Below, piece by piece: positions 26,574 to 36,225 of a DNA stretch of 64,000 bases. Within the stretch, counting starts at the first letter, position 1. Every line of letters begins with the position of its first letter. Source of the stretch: a virus (Duplodnaviria > Caudoviricetes). A model generated the notes under the pieces. That model was not told where the DNA came from. It was given only the letters and a program-made list of their open reading frames with translations, and did not search any database. The stretch spans positions 1 to 64,000 of IMG/VR virus record IMGVR_UViG_3300037484_000776; one strand, 5' to 3'. Both the position numbers and the translations under genes were made by a program.

Positions 26574-27422
26574 ATGGCACAACTTGGTTCTCCAGTAACT
26601 AACCTGTTTGAAATCGGCACCGCCGAAGTTCGCGTTGGTCCGTTGTCGATGGCGAATAAGCTGACCCAGGCTTATTCGGTCGGCCTTATTGACAGTGTTT
26701 CGGTCGAGGTCTCCCAGGACACCGTTACACTTGAAGGTGGCTTCCCCCGCCGGACGGTTGACTCTGCTATCGTCCGTCAGAACGCTTCGATCACTTGTCA
26801 GGCCCACGAGTATTCTCGTCGCAACCTGAAGGTTCAGCTTGGAGAGGGTATTGATGCATCTCCCCCGGTTGACTTTGAGACTCTCTTGGTCAGCAACGAG
26901 GCCCTTGGTGCTACCGTTATTACCGTCACTACCGGTGATGGCGATGAATTTGCTGAAGACGACATTATTGTTATCTACCCGGATGGACAGCCTGAGAAGG
27001 TTTCTGTCTGCCGAGTTGCTAGTGTCGATGGTGACAACGTTACGCTCGATAGCGGTACTCCGACCCTGTTCGCTTATGACGGCACTGTCGATACCATCAA
27101 GATCTTCCTAGGCCATTCGGTTGCCATCGGCGGTTCTCCTGCTACCCAGTACTTTGCTGTTTCCGTTATCAGCCAAGAGCGTGGTCGTGACGGTCGTCCT
27201 CGTGTGTGGAACTTCTGGAAGGCTTCCGTTGCCTCTGGTCTTTCGTTCTCCACCAACGCCGAGAACTTTGCTGGTACTGAGCTTAAGTTCAACGCTCTTC
27301 AGCCCGCGGTGTCTGAATACTCCAGTGGCGGTGACCTGTTCCATCTTGCCAACATCATTCCGACCCACCCGGTTGGTATGCTTATTGCCGGTGGTGACTT
27401 GAACTCTGAACTGACCTCATAA
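26574..27422 (+). CDS. Major tail tube protein
   Basis: 282 aa, TAAGGAG RBS, high-expression codon bias, followed by a terminator. Confidence 0.85.
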   Translation: MAQLGSPVTNLFEIGTAEVRVGPLSMANKLTQAYSVGLIDSVSVEVSQDTVTLEGGFPRRTVDSAIVRQNASITCQAHEYSRRNLKVQLGEGIDASPPVDFETLLVSNEALGATVITVTTGDGDEFAEDDIIVIYPDGQPEKVSVCRVASVDGDNVTLDSGTPTLFAYDGTVDTIKIFLGHSVAIGGSPATQYFAVSVISQERGRDGRPRVWNFWKASVASGLSFSTNAENFAGTELKFNALQPAVSEYSSGGDLFHLANIIPTHPVGMLIAGGDLNSELTS

Positions 27423-27443
27423 GGGTTTGGTTTAGTGGCAATA

Positions 27444-27476
27444 GAGAAGGGGCCTTACAATGGCCCCTTTTCTTTT
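27444..27476. terminator. Intrinsic terminator between the convergent major tail and Rha genes
   Basis: AAGGGGCC-TTACAAT-GGCCCCTT followed by TTCTTTT. Confidence 0.85.
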
Positions 27477-27483
27477 GTGCTGG

Positions 27484-28272
27484 TTAAAAGTTCATCTCTT
27501 CAGACACCAAATCCAGCACTATCATAGAGTAGCTAAAAGGAGCGTGAGTCCTATCTACAGAAAGACCAAGCTCTTCACTAAACCTTACAGCGTATTTACT
27601 GGCTTTCACCTTTTGTCCGTTCGATAACTCTATACCATGAACAGCCCTGTAATAAACGGCTATCGTCATATACCGCTCTCTCCTCTTTATTTTTACGGCG
27701 GCTTCTATCTTCTCCTCTAGTTCTGCCTTATGTTGCTGTTGCTTCTCTTCAAGCTCACATATATCGAGCTTTAGCTCTTTTTGCTCATCGCTTAATTCTT
27801 TTTGTCCCTCCCTCAATTCTTTTTGGCCTTCGTCAAGATTTACTATTGCTCCAGTAATTCCGTGAAGTAGTTGTGGAAGGGCGGGGATTTTTGTAGCCTC
27901 TAAGGAGTAGGAGTTAGGCTTGTGGTCTCGGTAGTGAAGAAATCCATCAACCAACTTGGTTTGCCCATCAAGAGAATTTTCCCCTCCTACATAGGGCATA
28001 GCTATCAGAGCGTTCCTTTCGTTAAGCCCGAGCATAGGCTGCTCTTTTCCTTGGGAGTCTAAATAGGTCTGCGCAGTAGCGCGCACAGCCTCTTTTTCAA
28101 CGAGTTGGCGGAGGCTGCGCATTACCTCTTTATGTGGCCGGCTAAAAACCTTAGCCATTGTAAGGCTAGAGACCATGGGCTCGCCGTTGACAATCTGAAC
28201 GATGTCAAGCGGGCTGGTGGAAGAGGCGGTAGCAGCCGCGGAGACTGGGAACGGAATAATATCTGTAGACAT
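27484..28272 (-). CDS. Rha-family phage regulatory protein
   Basis: VSSLTMAKVFSRPHKEVMRSL...TYLDSQGKEQPM...ALIAMPYVGG Rha-like N-domain, coiled coil, C-terminal domain. Confidence 0.8.
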   Translation of the reverse strand: MSTDIIPFPVSAAATASSTSPLDIVQIVNGEPMVSSLTMAKVFSRPHKEVMRSLRQLVEKEAVRATAQTYLDSQGKEQPMLGLNERNALIAMPYVGGENSLDGQTKLVDGFLHYRDHKPNSYSLEATKIPALPQLLHGITGAIVNLDEGQKELREGQKELSDEQKELKLDICELEEKQQQHKAELEEKIEAAVKIKRRERYMTIAVYYRAVHGIELSNGQKVKASKYAVRFSEELGLSVDRTHAPFSYSMIVLDLVSEEMNF

Positions 28273-28277
28273 AGAAA

Positions 28278-28405
28278 AACCCTTAAATTTTCAGGGGCGG
28301 TTGATAGCCGCCCTACGTGTTAGGCCACGCACAAACCTAACCCGTAGGAATACCCTGAAAATTTAAGGGTTCTGAGTGTACGTGACTGTCCCGCATCACC
28401 AGGAC
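28278..28405 (-). promoter_or_regulatory. Multi-stem 5' leader of the Rha gene, closed by a perfect 19-bp inverted repeat
   Basis: AACCCTTAAATTTTCAGGG (28278-28296) and CCCTGAAAATTTAAGGGTT (28353-28371), with internal stems. Confidence 0.7.
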
Positions 28406-28411
28406 CCGATC

Positions 28412-28440
28412 AGTTTATCCCCTCGAAAATCCCCAGTCAA
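28412..28440 (-). promoter_or_regulatory. Sigma70-type promoter for the Rha gene
   Basis: TTGACT-17 bp-TAAACT on the minus strand. Confidence 0.7.
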
Positions 28441-28508
28441 GTAGCCTAGCAAAAAATTTTGGTCCCGGTATAATACTACTATCAACAACTACATCAGAGG
28501 GGAGCCTG

Positions 28509-29099
28509 ATGTCCGAACAATCCGTTTTCTACAAGTCGGCCAGCCGTCCGGTGGCTCTAACTTTTCTTGCCTTGGAGCATCTAAGTCTCCGCAGGCAGCA
28601 GTTAGAAGAAACACAGAACACCTCCATTACTCTTGCTCAAGTTCTCAAAGAAGCTATAGCTTTGTGTGGCTTTCCTGAGCCCTCAGACCCTGACCTCGTG
28701 TATCTCATTAGCAGGATAAACAGCACTGCTGAAGAGAGAAAGGAGCATGGAGATAAAGTTAAGCTCCAGGCTAACAAGCACTTTGCTGGTGCATTGTCAG
28801 AGTGGCTTGTCTCCCTTACCCCAGATAAAGCTGTTATCTGGCTTAGCAATTATGATATAGACTTGGCTAGACAACTATATTACACTACTGATGTTGAGGA
28901 GGTCTCTGCCTTGATTAGCATTAAGATGGAAGAGACCTTCCAGTTGGCTAAGGTAAGATATGAGGCAAGTTTATTTGGGTTTGGTGGCGGATATGGTAAA
29001 TCTCACGGACCCAACACTACTGTTCATAATCTTCGTGCTAACGCTTCTCCTGAAGAAGAAGCCGATGCGTTGCAATCTCTTAAAGCTCTTGGATTTTAA
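28509..29099 (+). CDS. Tail assembly chaperone (putative)
   Basis: 196 aa immediately before the tape measure; TATAAT at 28469-28474 upstream. Confidence 0.65.
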   Translation: MSEQSVFYKSASRPVALTFLALEHLSLRRQQLEETQNTSITLAQVLKEAIALCGFPEPSDPDLVYLISRINSTAEERKEHGDKVKLQANKHFAGALSEWLVSLTPDKAVIWLSNYDIDLARQLYYTTDVEEVSALISIKMEETFQLAKVRYEASLFGFGGGYGKSHGPNTTVHNLRANASPEEEADALQSLKALGF

Positions 29100-29101
29100 T
29101 A

Positions 29102-32100
29102 ATGGCTACTCCAAATCTTACGCTTGAAGCCTCGGTTGATGTTCTCTTAAAGGGGGGCCGTATTGACGAGGGTGCCTTGATTAAGGCTATTTCCCATCGT
29201 CTCGAATCTGCCAAGATACCTGACTTCTTAATAAACACTAAGTTTGCTGTAGGTGGTAAGGCAGTCTCTAGGGAGCAGGTTTTAAAGGAGATCGAGGATT
29301 TTCAGCTTAGGGCGGCTAAAGTAATAGATAAGGCAAACTCTAGATTAAGTGTTACTGGGATAAGCGACCTAAGAAAAAACGAACTGTTAGAGAGGAATAG
29401 AAATCTTACTGCAATAAGAGAGTATCTTAACCAGGTTAAAAATCTTTACAACTCAGCTACGGTTGGTCCAAAGACGGCTGTTGCTGGTGCTGAAGAAGCT
29501 ATAAAAGGACTGCTTGCCGGTACGCATGACCTGTCTAAGGTAACTAAGGCGCAGGCTGCCGCTGCCAAAGAAGCTGCACGCGCTTGGCTGGATGAGGCCA
29601 ATGCTATACAGCAAGTAATAAACAAGGTAAATAAGTTAGGAAGCCGGGCGGCAGTGTTTGGTAAAGGAGTGCAAGGCAATATAGAGGATGTATCTCGCTT
29701 ATCTTTTCCTGCCCTTCAGCAACAGCGTGCCACTCTTCAAGAGAATGCCCGTTTGTTGCTGGCCCGTACTAATGAGGAGACTGCCAGAAAGGCGGCAGAA
29801 AGGCAGCGTAAAGAAGACATCGCAGTCTTAGCCAGGCAGTCTGAAGTCATAAGAAAGGCGGCAGAAAGGCAGCGTAAAGAAGACATCGCAGTCTTAGCCA
29901 GGCAGTCTGAAGTCATAAGAAAGTCGGAAGAGGCTAGGGAAATAAAGGCCAGTAGGGAAGCTGAGAAGTTACGGGCAGATCAGGAGAAGAGAGCCACAAA
30001 GTCTTACGGAGTTAGTGCGGCTGCCAGCCCTGGCCTTGATGTGTTGGAAAAGCAGGCTGCCTATGGTAAGGAGGCTTTAGAGCGCGGAGGTGGTTTAGGG
30101 GATACCAGAGGAGCAGTACTAGCTGCTGCTAAGCATGATCTTCCCTATATTATTCGCTATCTTGAAGTTGTAAAGGCCAGGGCTGACGAAGCTGCTAATG
30201 CCTTACTTACTACCTCTGGAGGTTCGACAAAACAGTTTAAAGATGCTGCTAAAGAGGTTCACTCTTACGGACAGGCTTTAGACACTGCTAAAGAGCGTCT
30301 TAGCGGTCACAACACTCTACTAAGTCAAGCCGGAAAGCTGCTGCAACAGTTCGGTAGATATGGACTTGGGTATGCCGCGTTGTACCAAGCACTTGCTGGA
30401 TTTAAACAGCTAGTCACTGGTATTGTTAATCTTGATGATGAGCTTAAAAGCATTCAAGCCATCTCTCAGGCTACCGCTGAGCAGATGCAGACGATTGAGA
30501 CGGTTATCAAGCGCGCCTCTCTCGCCACTAAGTTTAGTACCCAAGAGATTGCTGCTGGCGCTAAGACCTTAGCACAGGCGGGCGTAAAGCCCGAAAACTT
30601 TTCAGAGGCCCTGGGGGCTTCGGCAGAATTTGCTACTGCCGCTGGCACTACTATGGACATTGCGGCTGATCTTCTCACTACGATGAGAACAGTCTACAAG
30701 GAAGTTAATGACACTACTCTTGCCAACCAGCTTACTCGTGCTCTTAACATTTCCAAGCTGACGGCAGAAGACCTTAAGGTTGTGCTGTCCTTGTCAGCTC
30801 AGATGGCTGAGAGTTTTAACCTTTCATCCGAGCAGTACCTCTCTGCTGCCGCTGTCTTAAGGAATGCCGGTCTTAAAGCCAGTACTGTTGCTACTGGTTT
30901 CCGTCAAGCCCTTATTGAGGTTTTTAGCCCTGACGACAAGTCTATAAAGATTATTGCCAAGCGTTATGCTCAACTTGGTGAGTCCATAGATATAAAGGGC
31001 ATCAGAGCCAAGTTCTTTTCTTTTACTCAAGAAGAGAATCCACTGCTTGCCGGTCTTAATGAACTTCGTCGGCTGGGAGTCGGTGGGACTGGCGCTAGTA
31101 TTTTCGGTCGAGCTTTCGATGTAAGAACGGAGAATGCCCTTAAAGCCCTTATTGCTAATTTCGAGGAGTTACAGAAAGCCGAGTCCAAGATAACGTTTGG
31201 CAATGCCGCGGCAGAAGCCGCTGCAACCCAGATGGAATCTCTTGCTAATAGCCTGAAGAACTTAGGCTCGGCTATTCAGATTACCTCTTACGAGATGGTG
31301 TCAGGAGCTTTACCTGGCATTGAGGATCTTACTGACTCTCTTACAGATGCAATAATTAAGCTAGGAGACCTTAATACTGAGCTTAAGACTTTAGGGGGTC
31401 CTGGGATAGAAGGCACTGCTCTTAATGCATTATTGGCAGGGGGTGCTGCTGCTGTTAGGGCTCCTGGAGGGGCTCTTGGAAAGGCAGGTGCCTTTGTTGG
31501 AGGGACCCTTATCGGAGGTACTGCTTCTGTTGGAACTTCTTATACTGGTACTCAGGCCGGCCTGCCTCCTGCTGTCACAGAAGCGATAGCCACCATAGTA
31601 TCCATTCTGGGAGGGGCTTGGATCGTAAAGGGGGCCAAATCTTTAAAGAGGTTGGTCTCTCCTATTTTAACGGCGGCAACTACAGGAGCTACCGCTACTG
31701 CGGCAGCAGAGACAGCCACTGTTTTAGGTTCCCTTTCTTTGGGGCTTAAAGGTATCTTGCCCGGCATTAAGCTGATAGGTAAAAGGCTTGCTTCTATTTT
31801 TGGGCCGGTTGGGGCTTTTCTTGCGGCCATATTTACTGTCGTAGATTTGTTTAAAGCGTTTACTACAGATAAAACAGACGAGATAAAAAGGAGAGCCGAG
31901 GCTGCTCAGAAAGGATCGAAAGATGCTCAAGCTGCTTATGAAGAGCAACTTAAGGGTATTAAGACCTATACCCGTAGCAAGCCTGGTAAGCCTGCTGAGA
32001 AAGGATCTACCGCTGCCAAGTTTGAGGAAGCCGAACGTGATTATCAAGATGTACAGAACGAGATAATCACTACTTTTGGAGTAAAGACTACTGAGGAAGG

Positions 32101-35100
32101 CAAGGCTATTTATGAGTTGCTTCTCAGGATTGATGGAGAAGCGGCAGACAAGGCTTCAGGGGTTAGAAAAACCCTGATACAAACCCTTGAGAAGATGACC
32201 GGGGGTGATTGGAAGTACAAGGAAGCCAACGACGCTGAACTAGGACGCCTAGCGGCTGCTGCTGCCGGAGTTCAGAGCAGGCTTGCTGGGTTTGTAGAGG
32301 GACTTAACGAAGAGGTATTGGCCCTTGAAGCCCGCGGTAATAATCTTAGCGATACTGAAAAAGCCCTTCTTAATGCAGCTAAGGAAATTATTCATGCTCA
32401 AGATGCGTATGACATGTTGGCTGGTCGTGCTGAAGCTATACCTGAAAAGGTTATATCTCTGTTTGACTCGCTTCTGTCAGCTTTTGAGAGTGCGGGAAGC
32501 TCAGTAGACGCTATACAAAAAGCAGGAGAGCTAGCTAAAAAGACTGCGGATATTGCTCAAAAGGCGATAGTAGAGAGGCTTGCCCAAACCGAGGACACGT
32601 TTGCTGCTAAGGCTGAAGCTCAGAGATATGTTTCTACTATAGGTGGGACAGATGAGGAAAGGATAGCCAGGTTAAAGCAGTTCCAAGACGATATTGATGC
32701 GTTAAGGAAAAAGAACGAGAGTGGATCTATCTCTAAGACCGTCTCTTTTAGAGGGGAGATTTTTCCCGAGAGACCTGGAATTGAGAAGTCTCCCGCTATA
32801 GATGAGAGGTTACAAGCTGGTGGCGATGTAGTTCAAGGTGAGATACTTTCAATACAGAGGAAGCAAGCTGAGAATAACCTTAAAACTCAGGAGCAGGTAG
32901 AGCAGCTTGTAAAGGATCTGAGAGAGGTCTCTAGCGGTGCCGACGAGAGAAGGAAAGCTGCTTTTGATGCTCTTGTAGCGAGCGGTAAAGAATCAGGAGT
33001 ATTGCTAGGTCAGTTAAAGGCAGGCAATCCTGAAGCTATAGCCAGTCTTACCGAAACTGCTGGAGGGTCTACAAAGTTAAGTGAGAAAGGTGTTGCGGCC
33101 CGTAAGACCATTACCAATATTGTAGAGACTTACCCGACTCCAGAGCTACCTGATGAGGCTTTCCTTGCCGACCTAGAAACTAGGAAGCAGCTCGCCATAG
33201 CAGAGGTAGAACTCGACAGGCAGAAAAGTAGAAAGCTCTTTACTGAGGCACAGACCACTGCGTCAGAAATAACTGAACTTAGTCTAAAATTAGTTAAAGA
33301 TGAATTAATAGATATTGAAGAGAAGTTAAAGGCTGGCCCTAACGAGTCTGAAACTCAGACGCTTTACAAAAGAAGAAACGATCTTCAAGTTGAGGAGATT
33401 AAATTAAGGGAGAAATTTAACGCGGATACTCAACAGTTCCAGGCTGATGAGCTTGAGAAGATGCGTAGAAGTCTGGACGCTTCCCTTGAGAGGTTGAAGC
33501 GTCGGGCTGAACTCCTTATGAAGAGAGACCCTCTTGGGCGTGGGGGTGCTGGAGGTATTGAGGATGTTCTCGGTGAGAAGGGGACCCCTTACGGGGACAC
33601 TATACGTGCTGCCGCTGCTTCTAGAGGTATAGACGCAAGGCTGCTCGCTGCTCTGCTCAAGCAAGAGAGTGGCTTTAACCCTAGTGCTCGTAGTGGTGCC
33701 GGAGCTGGTGGCATTGCGCAGTTCATGCCTGGGACGGCTGCTCAGTACGGCCTCACCCCAGAGGAGAGGTTTGATCCAGAGAAAGCTATTCACGCAGCGG
33801 CAGCTCACCTTGCTGACCTTCTGAGAATGTTTTCAGGAGATGTTGAGAAGGCTCTTGCCGGATATAACGCCGGACCTGGGGCTGTTAAGAAGTACGGTGG
33901 TGTTCCACCTTATGCTGAGACCCAGGATTACGTAAAGAAGATCACAGGAATTTACGGTCAGGGGGGTGGCAGTAAAGCTCAGATAACTGAAGGAATGGAG
34001 CTTGAGTACCAGGCTCTCCAAGCTCAGCAGATTGAGATAGCCAAGCGTCAAGCTGCTTTGGATAATCTATCTGTTGATGAGACATCGGACCTGATTCAAG
34101 GTATTAAAGACCGTGGTGATTCTGTCCGTGAAGCTATTAAGGCTGACAAGAAGGAGATTGAAGCCAAGCAAAGGTATATACAAGCGGTTTCTGAGATTGC
34201 TAGGATCGGAACGTTTACCGGTCCTGATCAAGTTCAGGCTGAGATTTATCGCAGCTCTCTTGGTTTTGGAAGAACTGCCGAGCAGAGGTTGACTAGTGTA
34301 GGGGACGAAGTTAAAGCTAAGCAAGAGCTTGTTAATCTTCTTCTCAGGGAGCAAGACGACCTTCTCAAGAAAATTGCGGCTGACCAAAACGATGCCAAAC
34401 TGGTAGATAGTCTAGCTGCTAACCAGAGAATGCTTGAGGATAACATAGTTGCGCTTGGAGATCTTAGGCAGCAGGCGATAGGTATTACGCAGGATATAGG
34501 TACTGCATTACACGACGCCTTTGATCTTACGCTTTTAGTTGAGGACTTTAACCGGGTATCTGAGGAAGGTATTGCCACTCTTGCTAGGGATATTAGAGAG
34601 ACTATTACTGGCGGCTTCCACGATGCCGGTCTTGAAATAGCCGATGCCCTATTCAACCCTGAAGCAGAGAAGAACATAGGAGAAAGGCTAGATAAAGTAT
34701 TCCAGAAGCTGTTCCAAAGCCTGGCGGAGAGAATCTTTACAGCCTACTTTGATAAAGCTACTGCTGGTATCTTTGGTCTTCTGCCAGGTCTTGGTGGTAA
34801 GCCTGGCGCACCTGCTGCTGGTGCTGCGGTCTCTGGCGCTCCAGTTGCAGATGCCGTTACCGCCACTGCGACTGCCATAAAGGATGCTGGAGTTACTGCT
34901 GCCAAGGGATCTAAGGGTATTTTCAGTGACTTGTTCTCTGGGATAGGGAGTATCATTGGCTCCTTCTTCAGTGGTTTGAAAGGGGCAGGCAGTAGTATTA
35001 TAGGTGGCATAGCCAGTGTGTTTGGGTTTGCACAAGGCGGGATTATCAGCGGCAAGAAGGGGGTTGATAAAATTCCCGGTTATGCTGTAGGGTCTGCCGG

Positions 35101-35455
35101 TGTCTCACCCATTATGGTTAGCGACGGTGAGGCTATCCTTACCAGTGCTGCTACTTCTATGTTGGGGGCACCTATGATTAACTCCCTTAACAGTGACCCA
35201 GCTAGGTTCCTTAAAACCAGCAAGCAAACGACCAGGGTAAGTAATTCTATATCTAGCATGTCTCAAAATACTGTTGGGGCTAGCTATAGGGATAGTGCTT
35301 ATGGTACACTTGAGGCTCTTGGGGGGCTAGAGACTGCTGTAAGGCAGAGTTCTGCAAAGGGTGTTACTCGCATAGAGGTGCATAAGGACGCTATAAACAT
35401 GACACTCAGGGACTTCCTTGCTGAACATTTTGACGACTTAATCGCTACAAGATAA
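29102..35455 (+). CDS. Tape measure protein with internal lytic transglycosylase (Slt) domain
   Basis: 2117 aa, Ala-rich helical; TP901-type TMP core; Slt motifs QESG, GIAQFMP and AGYNAGPGAV at about 33590-33943; FAQGG...DGEAIL C-terminal motif. Confidence 0.95.
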   Translation: MATPNLTLEASVDVLLKGGRIDEGALIKAISHRLESAKIPDFLINTKFAVGGKAVSREQVLKEIEDFQLRAAKVIDKANSRLSVTGISDLRKNELLERNRNLTAIREYLNQVKNLYNSATVGPKTAVAGAEEAIKGLLAGTHDLSKVTKAQAAAAKEAARAWLDEANAIQQVINKVNKLGSRAAVFGKGVQGNIEDVSRLSFPALQQQRATLQENARLLLARTNEETARKAAERQRKEDIAVLARQSEVIRKAAERQRKEDIAVLARQSEVIRKSEEAREIKASREAEKLRADQEKRATKSYGVSAAASPGLDVLEKQAAYGKEALERGGGLGDTRGAVLAAAKHDLPYIIRYLEVVKARADEAANALLTTSGGSTKQFKDAAKEVHSYGQALDTAKERLSGHNTLLSQAGKLLQQFGRYGLGYAALYQALAGFKQLVTGIVNLDDELKSIQAISQATAEQMQTIETVIKRASLATKFSTQEIAAGAKTLAQAGVKPENFSEALGASAEFATAAGTTMDIAADLLTTMRTVYKEVNDTTLANQLTRALNISKLTAEDLKVVLSLSAQMAESFNLSSEQYLSAAAVLRNAGLKASTVATGFRQALIEVFSPDDKSIKIIAKRYAQLGESIDIKGIRAKFFSFTQEENPLLAGLNELRRLGVGGTGASIFGRAFDVRTENALKALIANFEELQKAESKITFGNAAAEAAATQMESLANSLKNLGSAIQITSYEMVSGALPGIEDLTDSLTDAIIKLGDLNTELKTLGGPGIEGTALNALLAGGAAAVRAPGGALGKAGAFVGGTLIGGTASVGTSYTGTQAGLPPAVTEAIATIVSILGGAWIVKGAKSLKRLVSPILTAATTGATATAAAETATVLGSLSLGLKGILPGIKLIGKRLASIFGPVGAFLAAIFTVVDLFKAFTTDKTDEIKRRAEAAQKGSKDAQAAYEEQLKGIKTYTRSKPGKPAEKGSTAAKFEEAERDYQDVQNEIITTFGVKTTEEGKAIYELLLRIDGEAADKASGVRKTLIQTLEKMTGGDWKYKEANDAELGRLAAAAAGVQSRLAGFVEGLNEEVLALEARGNNLSDTEKALLNAAKEIIHAQDAYDMLAGRAEAIPEKVISLFDSLLSAFESAGSSVDAIQKAGELAKKTADIAQKAIVERLAQTEDTFAAKAEAQRYVSTIGGTDEERIARLKQFQDDIDALRKKNESGSISKTVSFRGEIFPERPGIEKSPAIDERLQAGGDVVQGEILSIQRKQAENNLKTQEQVEQLVKDLREVSSGADERRKAAFDALVASGKESGVLLGQLKAGNPEAIASLTETAGGSTKLSEKGVAARKTITNIVETYPTPELPDEAFLADLETRKQLAIAEVELDRQKSRKLFTEAQTTASEITELSLKLVKDELIDIEEKLKAGPNESETQTLYKRRNDLQVEEIKLREKFNADTQQFQADELEKMRRSLDASLERLKRRAELLMKRDPLGRGGAGGIEDVLGEKGTPYGDTIRAAAASRGIDARLLAALLKQESGFNPSARSGAGAGGIAQFMPGTAAQYGLTPEERFDPEKAIHAAAAHLADLLRMFSGDVEKALAGYNAGPGAVKKYGGVPPYAETQDYVKKITGIYGQGGGSKAQITEGMELEYQALQAQQIEIAKRQAALDNLSVDETSDLIQGIKDRGDSVREAIKADKKEIEAKQRYIQAVSEIARIGTFTGPDQVQAEIYRSSLGFGRTAEQRLTSVGDEVKAKQELVNLLLREQDDLLKKIAADQNDAKLVDSLAANQRMLEDNIVALGDLRQQAIGITQDIGTALHDAFDLTLLVEDFNRVSEEGIATLARDIRETITGGFHDAGLEIADALFNPEAEKNIGERLDKVFQKLFQSLAERIFTAYFDKATAGIFGLLPGLGGKPGAPAAGAAVSGAPVADAVTATATAIKDAGVTAAKGSKGIFSDLFSGIGSIIGSFFSGLKGAGSSIIGGIASVFGFAQGGIISGKKGVDKIPGYAVGSAGVSPIMVSDGEAILTSAATSMLGAPMINSLNSDPARFLKTSKQTTRVSNSISSMSQNTVGASYRDSAYGTLEALGGLETAVRQSSAKGVTRIEVHKDAINMTLRDFLAEHFDDLIATR
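29786..29923 (+). repeat. Perfect 66-bp tandem duplication within the TMP gene
   Basis: 29786-29851 identical to 29852-29917; encodes RKAAERQRKEDIAVLARQSEVI twice. Confidence 0.95.
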
Positions 35456-35682
35456 TGTTACTTTCCAGATCGCAATATGTAAGGGAAGGTGCGGATTGCT
35501 GGGTTACTTTTACCGGCACTCCGCATCTTCAAGTAACCTGGGGTTTGACCGGAGGTCCAGGAGTATTGTTCTTTTCTTCCGAGTACACTGATGCCAATGG
35601 TATTGCTTATGCTATGTATAGGCCAGGAGCGTCTACAGCAGGCCAAGTGGCGACCATAACAGTTTCTTACAGAGAAATTTAA
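35455..35682 (+). CDS. Small Ig-like (Big-1-like) tail protein
   Basis: VTWGLTGGPGVL...TDANGIAYAMYRPG pattern. Confidence 0.6.
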   Translation: MLLSRSQYVREGADCWVTFTGTPHLQVTWGLTGGPGVLFFSSEYTDANGIAYAMYRPGASTAGQVATITVSYREI

Positions 35683-36225
35683 ATGCCTACTGTCTCTAAT
35701 AGCACTACCTTTGATGTGACCTCTGCTGCCGATGTGATAGTGGAAGAGGTAACCATACCCATTATTTCTGCTCCTTTAGCGGCCCCTGATGGCACTGGTA
35801 AATTAGTGCACCCTACTCTCGGTACTTATATTTATGAGTATGCTCCTACTAGTTGGACCAATATAGATACTGATATTATAGTTAAACCCGAGTGGATGAC
35901 TGAGAAGGTACTGACGGGCCAGAAGTTCACGCTTTGGCGTGGATATGATAGAGATGTGGTGGTAAAGGAGAAATGGGCAGCGAAAAAGGGTGACGCTGCT
36001 ATGCTTAACGGGCAGATACGGCAGTTGCTTGACTTTTATCAGAACCCTCCTACGCCCCCCAGTTATGTAGCATGGTATCCAGATTATACGACTAACCTGG
36101 GCTTCTATGTAATTATGCTTTCTCTTACCGCTGGAGGCGACGGCATCACTTTCGATTATTTCACAAGGACGGGTATGTTTATCGGTGAAGTTGAACTTAC
36201 AATGCAGATAGCGGCTAGAATCTAA
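35683..36225 (+). CDS. Distal tail protein (putative)
   Basis: 180 aa after the TMP; synteny. Confidence 0.55.
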   Translation: MPTVSNSTTFDVTSAADVIVEEVTIPIISAPLAAPDGTGKLVHPTLGTYIYEYAPTSWTNIDTDIIVKPEWMTEKVLTGQKFTLWRGYDRDVVVKEKWAAKKGDAAMLNGQIRQLLDFYQNPPTPPSYVAWYPDYTTNLGFYVIMLSLTAGGDGITFDYFTRTGMFIGEVELTMQIAARI

